A stretch of 62,979 nucleotides of DNA, counting the filler, from Choristocarpus tenellus KU-1152 (Eukaryota > Protista > Phaeophyceae), in the NCBI GenBank assembly GCA_964200185.2. It is 5 parts of 5 records of this genome, joined end to end, with 100 filler letters (N's around TTAATTAATTAA, not from the genome) between each part and the next. Parts side by side here need not be neighbours in the genome. Positions count along the whole stretch, not along the records: positions 39,916 to 55,449 come from CAXNAD020000979.1; positions 55,550 to 59,126 come from CAXNAD020019151.1; positions 59,227 to 62,979 come from CAXNAD020018143.1; 2 more parts are not named here. One strand, given 5' to 3'. Position numbers and translations under genes: made by a program. Of this stretch, positions 55,201-62,979 are shown in pieces (the first letter of the stretch is position 1; every line of letters starts with the position of its first letter). The notes under the pieces are model-generated. The model was not told the origin of the DNA. It made no database searches and was given only the letters and a program-made list of their open reading frames with translations.

Positions 55201-55449
55201 CCAAGCACCAAAGGGTCAGCGTCTCAAGTGTGCGTTTAGCAAGGCCGGCTGGTAGAGCATCGACACGAACAGGAACATCCGGTACAGCCACTAGACTGTC
55301 CAGTGGCACACTGCAAGGCTTTTGTGCTCCCCCCCCCCCACTGTTGTCAGTGCGAAGTACAACCTCAGCCAGGCCATCCTGCATGTTAAGTGAAACCACT
55401 ACACAAATGCGACCCATCAATGTCCCACCGGCACCCCCATTTCGATCAC
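23003..55449 (-). CDS. Giant multi-exon protein (5'-truncated at gap, >=~4400 aa): HERC1/HECTD4-like scaffold with UBA, SH3-like repeats, LamG, SPRY, MORN, Rdx thioredoxin-like and SAM domains
   Basis: Phase-consistent exon chain read by hand: 55449-54750, 54116-53867, 53228-52848, 52369-52091, 51628-51557, 50471-50331, 49911-45779, 45085-44728, 44528-43936, 43269-41739, 41536-41246, 41030-40032, [gap 39816-39915], 37911-37669, 32215-32009, 30080-29306, 26995-26954 (or 26876), 25552-23823, 23491-23003 (stop). Total is about 13.2 kb. Several domains (LamG, Rdx, SAM, SH3-like) join correctly across junctions. Continuity across the gap is inferred from phase only. Confidence 0.8.
23823..25552 (-). 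CDS. Exon of giant gene (long acidic, probably disordered region)
   Basis: 632-aa ORF with a CAG| acceptor in phase 1. It ends at CAG|GCAAGT, the consensus GC-type donor. Confidence 0.8.
26954..26995 (-). CDS. Short exon of giant gene completing the SAM domain (GHAKLLVASV)
   Basis: CAG|GC acceptor in phase 1 gives the SAM-terminal GH..KLL helix. The donor is at either 26954 or 26876; both are phase 1. Confidence 0.75.
27503..27543. repeat. Imperfect (GA)n microsatellite
   Basis: GA-rich run. Confidence 0.85.
28228..28484 (-). mobile_element. MITE family A copy 4
   Basis: Same TIRs and body, flanks act/act. Confidence 0.9.
29306..30080 (-). CDS. Exon of giant gene: end of Rdx domain and most of a SAM domain
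   Basis: VHSKLSTGCWP (Rdx HSK..G.[FW]P motif) and VRKWLEARSMSLGKYAELLEVEGFDTLESLAHLSMEDIQLIPGMRRG (SAM). G|GTGAGA donor in phase 1. Confidence 0.88.
30632..30888 (+). mobile_element. MITE family A copy 5
   Basis: GAGTGAAAGTATCTTAGAGGGTA...TACCCTCTAAGATACTTTGACTC, flanks tttt/tttt. Confidence 0.92.
30995..31265. mobile_element. Single diverged MITE (family C) related to A and B
   Basis: Imperfect TIRs GGCCTATAGTATCCTTGACGAGGGGG ... CCCCCTCAAAGAAACTATGAACC, subterminal gtcaatttaggg / tgaatggac, flanks tct/tct. Confidence 0.55.
32009..32215 (-). CDS. Exon of giant gene: middle of Rdx domain
   Basis: AYLQNACAARDYII...RVGAFEIQ (Rdx G.FE[VI] motif). 207 nt in phase 0, CAG|GTGTGA donor. Confidence 0.8.
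32370..32400. repeat. (TG)n microsatellite
   Basis: Perfect dinucleotide run. Confidence 0.95.
32527..32704 (-). mobile_element. MITE family B copy
   Basis: Same body and TIRs, 4-bp TSD ATCT. Confidence 0.9.
32860..33111 (-). mobile_element. MITE family A copy 6
   Basis: Same TIRs and body. Confidence 0.9.
34385..34900 (-). mobile_element. N-terminal (HTH) fragment of a further mariner-like transposase
   Basis: The minus strand reads ...VIVDHLVSFRNGVLAKRDLKRVAGAFSVS...LWK...ILDPEINLLRKGK with disruptions, which resembles DD39D transposase N-termini. Confidence 0.45.
35327..36938 (-). mobile_element. Tc1/mariner (plant/oomycete DD39D-like) transposon with decayed transposase (~36584-35400)
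   Basis: FHVDE..., KSHIP.TM...A.P...FDGKLGVW, VVVQQDGATPH, LVTQPSNSLELNIIDLCFFRSL. Premature stop at 35484. Degenerate CCCCATC-containing inverted ends flanked by TA (35325-35326, 36939-36940). It sits inside an intron of the giant gene. Confidence 0.9.
37217..37282. repeat. (TG)n microsatellite
   Basis: Perfect dinucleotide run. Confidence 0.95.
37367..37624 (+). mobile_element. MITE family A copy 7
   Basis: Same TIRs and body, 4-bp TSD ATCT. Confidence 0.92.
37669..37911 (-). CDS. Exon of giant gene: start of Rdx-family (SelW/SelT/SelH-like) thioredoxin-fold domain
   Basis: VVVTIEYCHGCERHQMTTRH (V.IEYCxxC motif). CAG| acceptor in phase 0, CAG|GTATGT donor. Confidence 0.8.
39782..39815. 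mobile_element. MITE family B-type terminus running into an assembly gap
   Basis: gcgtcaaagtatctggggggggg. Confidence 0.7.
40032..41030 (-). CDS. Exon of giant gene with two tandem SH3-like repeats
   Basis: LRVVYPKGATMRDGLEIDESSVVGNLPYG...RLKTPNGWISE and YLVICPGGAMVRETPELEG...RLRVVEPVKKQGWISE. CAG| acceptor, GAG|GTGAGG donor. Confidence 0.88.
41246..41536 (-). CDS. Exon of giant gene (charged/basic coiled-coil-like)
   Basis: CAG| acceptor, 291 nt in phase 0, CAG|GTAAAG donor. Confidence 0.8.
41739..43269 (-). CDS. Exon of giant gene containing SPRY/B30.2 domain and MORN repeats
   Basis: SPRY: GTWLWEWRI...MTVGI...VGDSKDLWGYRSDG...FESGDVVGVELDIDAGSVCFLKNG...VLPCISL. MORN: FQGRFENGQKHGPGVL and WRGHWFMGVQHGVH. 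Confidence 0.92.
43936..44528 (-). CDS. Exon of giant gene (beta-rich domain of unknown type)
   Basis: 210-aa ORF with an AAG| acceptor in phase 0 and an AG|GTAAAT donor. Boundaries are less certain. Confidence 0.7.
44728..45085 (-). CDS. Exon of giant gene (C-terminal part of LamG domain)
   Basis: Joins as SVR|YWRYARTAGELQRDM...GLVGLWGLDEGQGSAVTD, a typical LamG-like ending. CAG| acceptor in phase 2, AAG|GTGAGG donor. Confidence 0.88.
45779..49911 (-). CDS. 4.1-kb exon of giant gene (SH3-like repeat, helical scaffold, N-terminal part of LamG/concanavalin-A-like domain)
   Basis: The 1348-aa ORF extends upstream to a TAG| acceptor at 49911. LamG motifs WTAEFWV and GRWVHLALV...VTLYADG...FVGRLASVR are present. 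AG|GTGAGA donor. Confidence 0.92.
50331..50471 (-). CDS. Exon of giant gene (SH3-like VGALYAGEEVTAVGGEGEWLHLRLYE plus acidic run)
   Basis: CAG| acceptor, 141 nt in phase 0, GAG|GTGACT donor. Confidence 0.8.
51557..51628 (-). CDS. Short exon of giant gene (start of first SH3-like repeat)
   Basis: Pyrimidine tract plus AAG| acceptor, 72 nt in phase 0, CAG|GTATGT donor. Confidence 0.5.
52091..52369 (-). CDS. Exon of giant gene
   Basis: CAG| acceptor, 279 nt open in phase 0, CAG|GTGAGG donor. Confidence 0.75.
52848..53228 (-). CDS. Exon of giant gene containing a UBA domain
   Basis: MAEMGFPLHWCQRALVETGNNIEAALSWIL matches the UBA pattern (MGF...AL...GNN.E.A..WL). TAG| acceptor, CAG|GTGAGG donor. 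Confidence 0.9.
53867..54116 (-). CDS. Exon of giant gene (acidic/Gly linker)
   Basis: AAG|G acceptor in phase 2, open frame, GAG|GTGAGC donor. Confidence 0.7.
54750..55449 (-). CDS. Exon of giant gene (5'-most visible; HERC1-like region)
   Basis: Open frame from the gap edge (GRICVVVSLNMQDGLAEVVLR...LMGLVRFQAAKAAQELLLHP) to the donor AG|GTGCT (phase 2), which matches the next exon at 54116. Confidence 0.75.
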
Positions 55450-55593
55450 NNNNNNNNNNNNNNNNNNNNNNNNNNNNNNNNNNNNNNNNNNNNTTAATTA
55501 ATTAANNNNNNNNNNNNNNNNNNNNNNNNNNNNNNNNNNNNNNNNNNNNGTGGCCGCCGGGGGGGGGGGGGGAGATTTGTCTCTTCTTCTTAC

Positions 55594-56728
55594 CGCTGCA
55601 TCAGAGGCACCAGCTCTGGTCCAAGCCCTCCACTGAAAAGATTTGTAACAGCCCTCCTCAGCATACCTCTGATGAAGTGATCAGTTAGCCCAAAGCCCTT
55701 CTGGTTTGTCCAGGGGGGAAAACCAAGTGCCCCAGCTCCTGGTCCTCCTCCCTTGAACAGGTTACTTCCTTTTCTAAACATACCACGGGGATGTAGAAAC
55801 AGGAAGGCAACGGCAGCGGCAATACCACCAACCACAAGCAACACCGCTACATGGAGAGGGGCGTGGGATTGCATGGGGGAGGGGAAGGGTACTTGACAGT
55901 TAGGCAGGCAGAATGTTGTTTGCCTGGCCAAAGGAATTGCAATGGTATTACTTTGTCATAGCAAAATGCATGTAACTGCTCAAGAGGATGGTAAACCAAG
56001 CAAGGAACCTGGCATGAAGGGAAGAAGTTATTGCATTGGGCAAATATCATCAAAACCACAAAGAGATTTGACACACAGTGCATACAAGACGCTTCTCTTC
56101 AACTTGAAATGAATGCAGGCAGCGCATGACACAACCAATCCCATGCGCATTGAAGCCATGTATTTACTGTGAGAGGGGATCATCCAACACACCAAGGGAT
56201 TTTGGGATGGGGCAAGAATGTACACATGTAATACAATTGAAGAAAGCTTCGAAGTTGTGTCCTGCCCTCCATTAATTGTTGTACATCAAAATACACAAAA
56301 TCAGTACACAAGTTGAAAGTATGAGGGGGGTCAAGAGCTGTGTTGCATCCGGTCAGCGCGGAACCCTAGAAAAAACCACAGCTGTTTTCCAAAGAATTTC
56401 AGCAATGGTCATTGGTGGCTAATGCAATGGTTGACAACATAAATCTCTGAACACAAAACTCCGTAAAATCACCTCTGTACACAAGCTTCTACATTTCCAA
56501 TCGAAATGGAAAATTCGTTGTACGCGGGCTTGTAACGGACACCTACTAAAAAAAAAAGACGCATACAGATATCCTAACGCACGACCGTAGAGTTCTAAAT
56601 AATCAGACGAATATACCAATCACACGTGTCAACTTGAAGATTGAACTTGAGCTCACCGCCGAATGTGAAAACTGTCACAGAGAGAGCAGCAACCGCCACT
56701 CCCGCTAGCACCTTCTCCAGAAGGGACA
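55594..56728 (-). CDS. Small membrane protein of unknown function, partial (exons >=56728-56657 and 55846-55594; 3' end lost in gap)
   Basis: The G|GTGAGC donor and TAG|CG acceptor (phase 1) join two hydrophobic stretches: LLEKVLAGVAVAALSVTVFTFG|AVLLVVGGIAAAVAFLFL. CG|GTAAGA donor at 55594. The frame is open upstream through an Arg/Ser-rich stretch, so the true start may lie further 5'. Confidence 0.6.
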
Positions 56729-57896
56729 TTGGACGCCGAGGGATAAAACTCAGGGCACGGCGTGCACTCAGCTGGTAGGGCAGGATGGGTGATCTTTTTA
56801 ATCGGGTTTCACTAGTGTATATCCCTCGTGACCTAGTATGACGCTCTGGTGAAGCAGACGCGCACGATGTGAAGTGGCAGTGCTGCTTTTTTATTCCGTT
56901 AGGTATTTGACGAGGCTTGTGACTTGAGGTACGAGGATAGACATCGCTTGAAGCCCGCCAGGTCAAAAAAGTTGCAGGCAAAGCTCTTTCTCGTCCCCAG
57001 ACAAACTGGGCCCTCCAGGTCGAAAACGTGTCAGAAAAACTATTTTTTTTGTACACCATTCGATACGCGGGGATTAACTGAGGACATGAAAGCTGGGTCC
57101 AGGCATCAACAAAGCATTGTCTGACTGGTCCTTGCAGCAACATCTGGATGGGGCGTTTGACCTCAAATTCCTTCCTAGGGAAATTCAATCCCGACTGGCA
57201 TGGTTGGTCGATGCACGAAGATTTTCTCCTTCCTTGGTCGAACTGTCTTGCACTGCCCATTTCATAGAATATTGGGATCGTCGACAAAACACATTTGGAA
57301 TGGAGATATTTTGGGGTTGGTGCAACCAGGGTTCGTGTCTGTCCCTGAACACTCACTCCGACAAGCGATTGCAATTTTTTTCTCCCACCAAAGCCCCTGC
57401 CCAGGGAAATCATTACATTACAGGCTGATGACGTGCTGACCATCGTGGTGTCATATCCACGACTACTGTGAGGAGATTCAAGGTTGTTTCTGGCTCTCTA
57501 TCTCTCTCCATCTCATAAACATACAAAACCCACTGTCTTCACGCCTTCAATGATTATACAAAACGATTAGCCCAAAGCAAACAATAATGATGTTATCATT
57601 GGCCTTTCAAGACCTCCTCACTCACCTCTACACACCTGGTAGATGCGCTCCACTTCGAGGTAGGTTCGATGGTATTGCAGGTGAGATGAAAGGGGAAGGT
57701 GTAATATTGTATTGCTACGATGAGTCCAGTGACAGATAGAAGTGGTCTGGAGAAAAAGTACTGCTACCTAGACCCCTTTGATATGGTGGAATTATCATGT
57801 TCATGTTGAATGGGTTTGTTTGATTGCCTCATGTTACTAATCCGTCACTTCCTCGATCATATCCCTGCTGTACGCTTGAAAATATATAGAGCAATA

Positions 57897-58805
57897 ATGA
57901 TGGGCGTTGCGAGGGATGCTGTCATTTCCACTTCAGTGGCAATGGTCCTGTTCTCGCCAGCAGTGTCATGCTTCAATTTGATAGCAGTCCAGCACCAGAG
58001 AGGAGTAGGCGGTAGCTTGGAGCGATTGAAGCAGGATAGTTTGGGGAATGGAGGTGGTTGGGGGGGTATATCAATGTACTGGAAGACGAGGATGACTGTG
58101 GAGGGAACAACGCCAACGGTTGAGGGTGACTCTCCAGATCAGGTCGACTTGGACGTGGAAGCACAGGTGCGAGAATTTCGGCCAACTAGAAGTGTCTGTT
58201 ACGAATACGAACCGTTTGTATTGTAGGTTAATGCCTAGGTGCAACCGAATTTCTGTTCTCTTGACCAGACCAAGCACGCGCAGCGTGCTTTACCTGTTAA
58301 GAGGTGATTTTTGTCCGTGCCAGATTTGACTCTGCACTGCTCTCCGACAACGCATCTTGTTCTCCACACCCTTTCGGTGCATTTCCGTGGTTACCCCTGC
58401 CCAATTCTTTCGTCGTCAGTTAGAAGCAGAACGTATCATGCAGCAACTTGAGAGCGGGTCAGGAGGGCACCAAGCCGTGCACGACGAAACCCCGAAGTAC
58501 CAGCCTTCGACCGAAGAATCAGACCCAATCGTTCAGTCGCTCAAATCGGTGCTTGAGTGTCAGGAGGTGACAGGTAATACATTTCCATCCTATATCAATA
58601 TGTCCCCGATCTCAGTTCCCCAAACACTAGAGATCAACCCTGCATGCTCTGCTCTGTCCTCCTCATGCCCTGCCCCACCACGCCAGGGTTTGAGCTCCTG
58701 GACAGTCGCTGGAATGGCAACGAGGCATTGCGGTACACGACGGATAGGGGAATTTTTTTTGTAAAGATGAACAGAGTCGAAGACGTCAGTGTATTCATGA
58801 CAGAG
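57897..58805 (+). CDS. Fructosamine/ketosamine (protein-ribulosamine) 3-kinase family protein, first three exons (57897-58166, 58420-58573, 58687-58805), probably plastid-targeted
   Basis: Exon 3 NEALRYTTDRGIFFVKMNRVEDVSVFMTE resembles the FN3K-family N-lobe (N.A..Y.TD.G.FFVK.N....MF..E). The N-terminus MMGVARDAVISTSVAMVLFSPAVSC-F looks like a signal peptide with Phe at +1. Splice sites are canonical and phase-consistent. Confidence 0.75.
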
Positions 58806-59226
58806 GTCTGTTTTTGTTTCATTTTTGGAAGTGGTGAAGTTATTCTTGGTCACCTGCTGTGCTCTGATGGGTGCTGTTATTCAATTGCGTTTGTTTAGTA
58901 TCCCTACTCCCCAACATTTATTACCTTGTTACACCTTGGCCTTGCACTACTGTTCCATTTTTGACAGCTCGTGTGAGGAACTGTTGATGAGTCACTTTTG
59001 TTAAACTGCAAGTTACTTTGCACCGCCGTATCATCCACCCTTGCACCATAGTCAATAATATGGGCATTTAGCCCTTTGACGATTACACAGGCATTTTTCA
59101 AGAACTGTGAGGGGGTGGGAGGGGGGNNNNNNNNNNNNNNNNNNNNNNNNNNNNNNNNNNNNNNNNNNNNTTAATTAATTAANNNNNNNNNNNNNNNNNN
59201 NNNNNNNNNNNNNNNNNNNNNNNNNN

Positions 59227-59266
59227 CCTGGTGTAGACAGCCACCTCCCCCCAGATACTTTGAGCC
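59227..59266. mobile_element. MITE family B terminus emerging from an assembly gap
   Basis: cctggtgtagacagccacctcccccagatactttgagcc. Confidence 0.75.
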
Positions 59267-59329
59267 TGACCCCCAAAGCTGAGTTCTGGAAGGTGTCAAA
59301 GGACGAAGATCTCCACACAAGACCCCACT

Positions 59330-60800
59330 ACTTTCTCGTACCAGACTTCAATACCTGTAAACACATCACAGCCTCCCACCACTTTGCCCTTCAATTCCCT
59401 GAAGTCGTGTCCTACTTCTGCCGAATCACGTTCTAACCCAAACAAGTACAATGGCGTCACCTCTTAGGTGGATTTTAAGACAACCCTTCAGCAGACTGTG
59501 TCTTCGAAGCTTGAAGTGTTTGGGAAGCAATGCTATCAATTGTAGGGCATGCTCAAGACGTCAGAACCAAATTATCTTAGAGGGTAGAGCCGCGTCCATT
59601 CGGGGCCCAAAACCCAATGTTGCAATTTCGATGTAATTTTGGTAATCGTGTTTGTTAGGAAGTGTCAATATCCTTGTTCCAGACACACCTTTTCATAACG
59701 CATACACTTACCTACTCCGAAATATTTTGGAGTAGGAAAATGCCATAAAAACCTCGATGGAAGCCTGGCCCCAAATAGACGAACAGGGCAAAACTCGTAC
59801 CCTCTAATATACTTTCGCTCTCATCTTACTCCAATAGATGGGGACCACAACAGCTATCTTGGCACCAACTTTCGGGTCTCTGTACCCCCAATTTTGGCAA
59901 AAACACGCACACACGCACAAGTGACTCGACTATGCTTTGTCCTATTGGTACAAAATTCCAAACGATGCATTTAGAGGGCTTCGGACAATCATGATGAAAT
60001 TTCACCACAAACAATAAGACCCATTGTACCCGAAGTTCATGCTTTAGATTTCCTGAGAATGTGTTGCAGCCTATTCAAGGGGGCTTGGGGTTTGGTGCTG
60101 TGTCTATCAATTCTTAAAGGGGGTTCCTGAATGCGTCCCTGCTGACTTCAATGGGGCCATGCTCCAATGTTATTGATACAAGGAAGACACCAGTGAGACA
60201 GCCACAAAATTCAATGTAATATGGAATGCTCATCCTGGGCAGCTCACCCAGCAGCACCATACGCCAGGAGGCTTCCGTCAAATCCCCACTCCATTCCTAA
60301 CCATACTCATATCACATGCGCCACCATATATGGGGAACTCTGAGGACTAATCATGCCAGGTGGAGCACGCCAACCCACAGAAACACACAACAGAATTGTG
60401 TGGCACATTATTTTACCTGTACAGTCAATGCTGTCGTCCATGCCAATATAGAACTATACCAAATACCGTATCTCTTTCCTACTTATCCTAGTTCTAGACA
60501 GAAACCACTTAATTGCAAGGGGAGTTGCATAAATGCTGGTATACCCCAGCGAGTACCGCCTACTATGATCTGTACACAGGAAGGTCATTGGACAATGTGA
60601 GCAGCGTCTTCGGGAATACACAACTATGTACTTCTCACGCCAACATACACCTTTATCCTGCTTCTCTCTGCATTGTATTTGGCGGTTTACTTATCCTCTC
60701 TCACACCTCAGGACCATTGTACGGGGCACCTGGGTTCCATGCATCTATTTCCCTATGGTCAACGAGGGTATATCAAAGGACACCATGAGCCACAACAGTT
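59330..60800 (+). mobile_element. Probable CRE/RLE-type non-LTR retrotransposon relic, interrupted by a MITE
   Basis: Degenerate motifs in the expected order: FN...FPEVVSYF (RT), QGGLGFG (~60076), HAR...THNRIV (zinc knuckle/RHN, ~60350-60410). Confidence 0.45.
59564..59820 (-). mobile_element. MITE family A copy 8
   Basis: Same TIRs and body, flanks tca/tca. Confidence 0.9.
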
Positions 60801-62933
60801 GAAGGATATCAAACCCAATTCTTACATCAAAGTGCAGATGCTCCACATTGATCATAGGTGGAGATCTCCCAGTTACACCTATGTTTTTAGAGTATATGGT
60901 TAGGTCAAGTGGGACTCTACAGTCACAATACTAGCACAACAACATACGCCAACCTTGGAGATGTTGACGGGGGATTCAACACCTACAGGATGAGACCGAG
61001 GAAGAATGCCGTGAGGAACAGAGGTGCATTGTTGTGCACCTTTGCTCACAAAAGTCTATCCCTATCCGCACTGATCGTAGCTTTGTGCGAGGAGTCCAAG
61101 GCTACCAAACATGCAACTCCTACTTGTGGAGTTGATGCTAAGGTGTGGCTACACAAATCCCATACTTTGATTGGCGCTCCTTACCCTATGTTATTGTCCC
61201 TTTGGAGAGTTATGTACGAAAAAAAAAGAGATTTTATCTCTGTTGGTCTATAGTGTGAAGGTGCAGGTGCGTCCGTTGAGAAATCACTATATACATGTAG
61301 CACGTCTTGAATCCTACAAAGGGGACCAACCCTCCAAACCAGACATCGAATCTCTCAATTCCCTGTTTCTGGGTAGAACAATATCTAAACTGGATATTGA
61401 ACAAGGTTCAAGCGTTCAACCGACTTTAGGGTCATACCTTTCTGCGTCTGGCTCCGTTTCATTAGGTATGATAAACGGTTTCACCTGGCTGAGAGGAACA
61501 TATATTTTGTGGGGATCTGGAGCCCTTTTAAATGGTACACGACAGGTGTAAATTGGCACAAGACTTGGTAAGAACCTCTCCAAGGACTTAGGGAGTTTGG
61601 GTAAGGATCATCTGACGACGGATGATTTTTGTGCAAGCACACAAAGGTACTCAGTTCATACTTGCGAAAGGCAGCTCAGTGCTAGCTGACTCTTCCTGTG
61701 ACCGGTGTTTGTAGAGAATATAACTGGTCAACTTCAGTTGAGTTGTATCTGTTGCATGGCGAAAGAAGTACGTTCTTATGCACACACAGGTATAGCTTCA
61801 GATACTCCTAGCACAATATCAATTTAGCAGCAGAGCACGGCACCCGAACATCAAGGAAACTGATGTTTCTTGGACAGTAGCAATATATATATTTGCTGTG
61901 TTTCGGGCTAGTTGGACAAGCGGTAAGGGCTCAACGCAAATATCCCGACCCATATTTGAATAAGTAGACGTCACATGCATAGTTGAGTAGATAGTTCCAA
62001 CACACTATAAAAAATGTGGCCTGTACGGTGTCATTTTAGTCTTCAAAACCCAATACACATTCTGTAAGTCAGCAAAAAGTTTATGATCGAGTCTGATCCT
62101 TGATTTGAGTGTAACGACTCGCCAGGGCCAAAACTGAGAAAACTACGAACCCACTAATGCTCTGGTAACTCTTCTTTCTTGCTTATCTGAGATACCTGTC
62201 AGAATGGCAAAGGGAAGTTAAATGATCCACACCGGACAACGCACATATTAATCCTTGGGACAGGACTTCATATTTCGAAAGGTCAACGGTAAGGAGATGA
62301 AACAGCTTGTACACAGACAAAAAAATGACCTACAGGTAATGGCACAGGTCGATGTAACCTTTTAGAAATATATTGGCGATAAAACTCCAATAGAGCACGC
62401 ACACGTGGATGACACGGCGCGAGATGAGGTCTCATTCCAACAACCTCCCCATCAGAAATAAACTAGTAGAATGCACTGAGAAAATTTCATTTCGGTTCCG
62501 TCTCATTGAACTCAATGGCCAAAAGAATCAATTTCTAGGAAATTTCACTCTGCATTTCAATAACCAACTCCAGGATAAAAAATTCCAGTGTTTATTGCTA
62601 GGGATGACATGCCCAGCACAATATGCAACCAAACAGGTTGATGTTGGACTATTAATCAAGCGATTGAAGAAGAGCTGAATCTCACCCCAACGTGTTAACG
62701 TATTTTAGGTGTCTTGCATAAAATAAAATGCAATGAACAAGTGTTGAATATCTGTGACCATGGTGATATGACTACCCCAAATGCACAGACATAAAGGAGC
62801 GACTGCTTCAGGTACCACCCATTACACCTTACATGTAAAAGCATAATGGATAGGGGTTAAGAAGAACTTTCATCACACAAGAACCACCAGTACAGTTGTA
62901 AATTTGGTAAGCGTCAGACGGAATTTAAATAAT

Positions 62934-62979
62934 GGGTCAAAGTATCTGGGGGGGGGGGGAGACGGCGTCCGTTTTTCAC
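62934..62979. mobile_element. MITE family B-type terminus at window end
   Basis: gggtcaaagtatctggggggggggg. Confidence 0.7.

Noticed and set aside
55594-56728. These exons as the N-terminus of the giant gene
   Set aside because: They are separated by a gap of unknown size, and the hydrophobic membrane-type sequence fits poorly. I treated them as a separate gene, though this is not formally excluded.
60900-62930. Further exons of the fructosamine kinase gene
   Set aside because: I could not find the downstream kinase motifs (e.g. HGDLW) or a convincing exon. They may lie in the gap or beyond the window.

Overview
Intron-rich eukaryotic DNA, most likely from a stramenopile alga. A brown alga is my best inference, from GT-AG introns, a bipartite plastid-type leader, TTAGGG-like tracts and DD39D-type mariners. 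It is a draft scaffold with four 100-nt gaps containing an artificial TTAATTAATTAA linker. I assembled four partial protein-coding genes by hand using splice sites and reading phase. (1) The 3' end of a ferlin-like C2 protein (minus, 15183-17713). (2) A giant minus-strand gene, 23003 to beyond 55449, with at least 18 exons and at least ~4400 aa. Its order is HERC1/HECTD4-like scaffold, UBA, SH3-like, LamG, SPRY, MORN, SH3-like x2, Rdx (SelW/T/H-type thioredoxin fold), SAM, acidic tail, and no HECT domain is visible. (3) Two exons of a small membrane protein (minus, 55594-56728+). (4) Three exons of a probably plastid-targeted fructosamine/ribulosamine 3-kinase (plus, 57897-58805). The rest is repeat-rich. 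It holds three related MITE families (8 copies of ~257 bp, about 8 full or partial copies of ~180 bp, and one of ~270 bp) that share terminal and subterminal motifs and often have 4-bp TSDs. It also holds Tc1/mariner relics, two Copia relics, a probable CRE-like non-LTR relic, a ~195-bp satellite and telomere-motif-bearing elements. All domain calls are by-eye motif recognition and are not database-verified.
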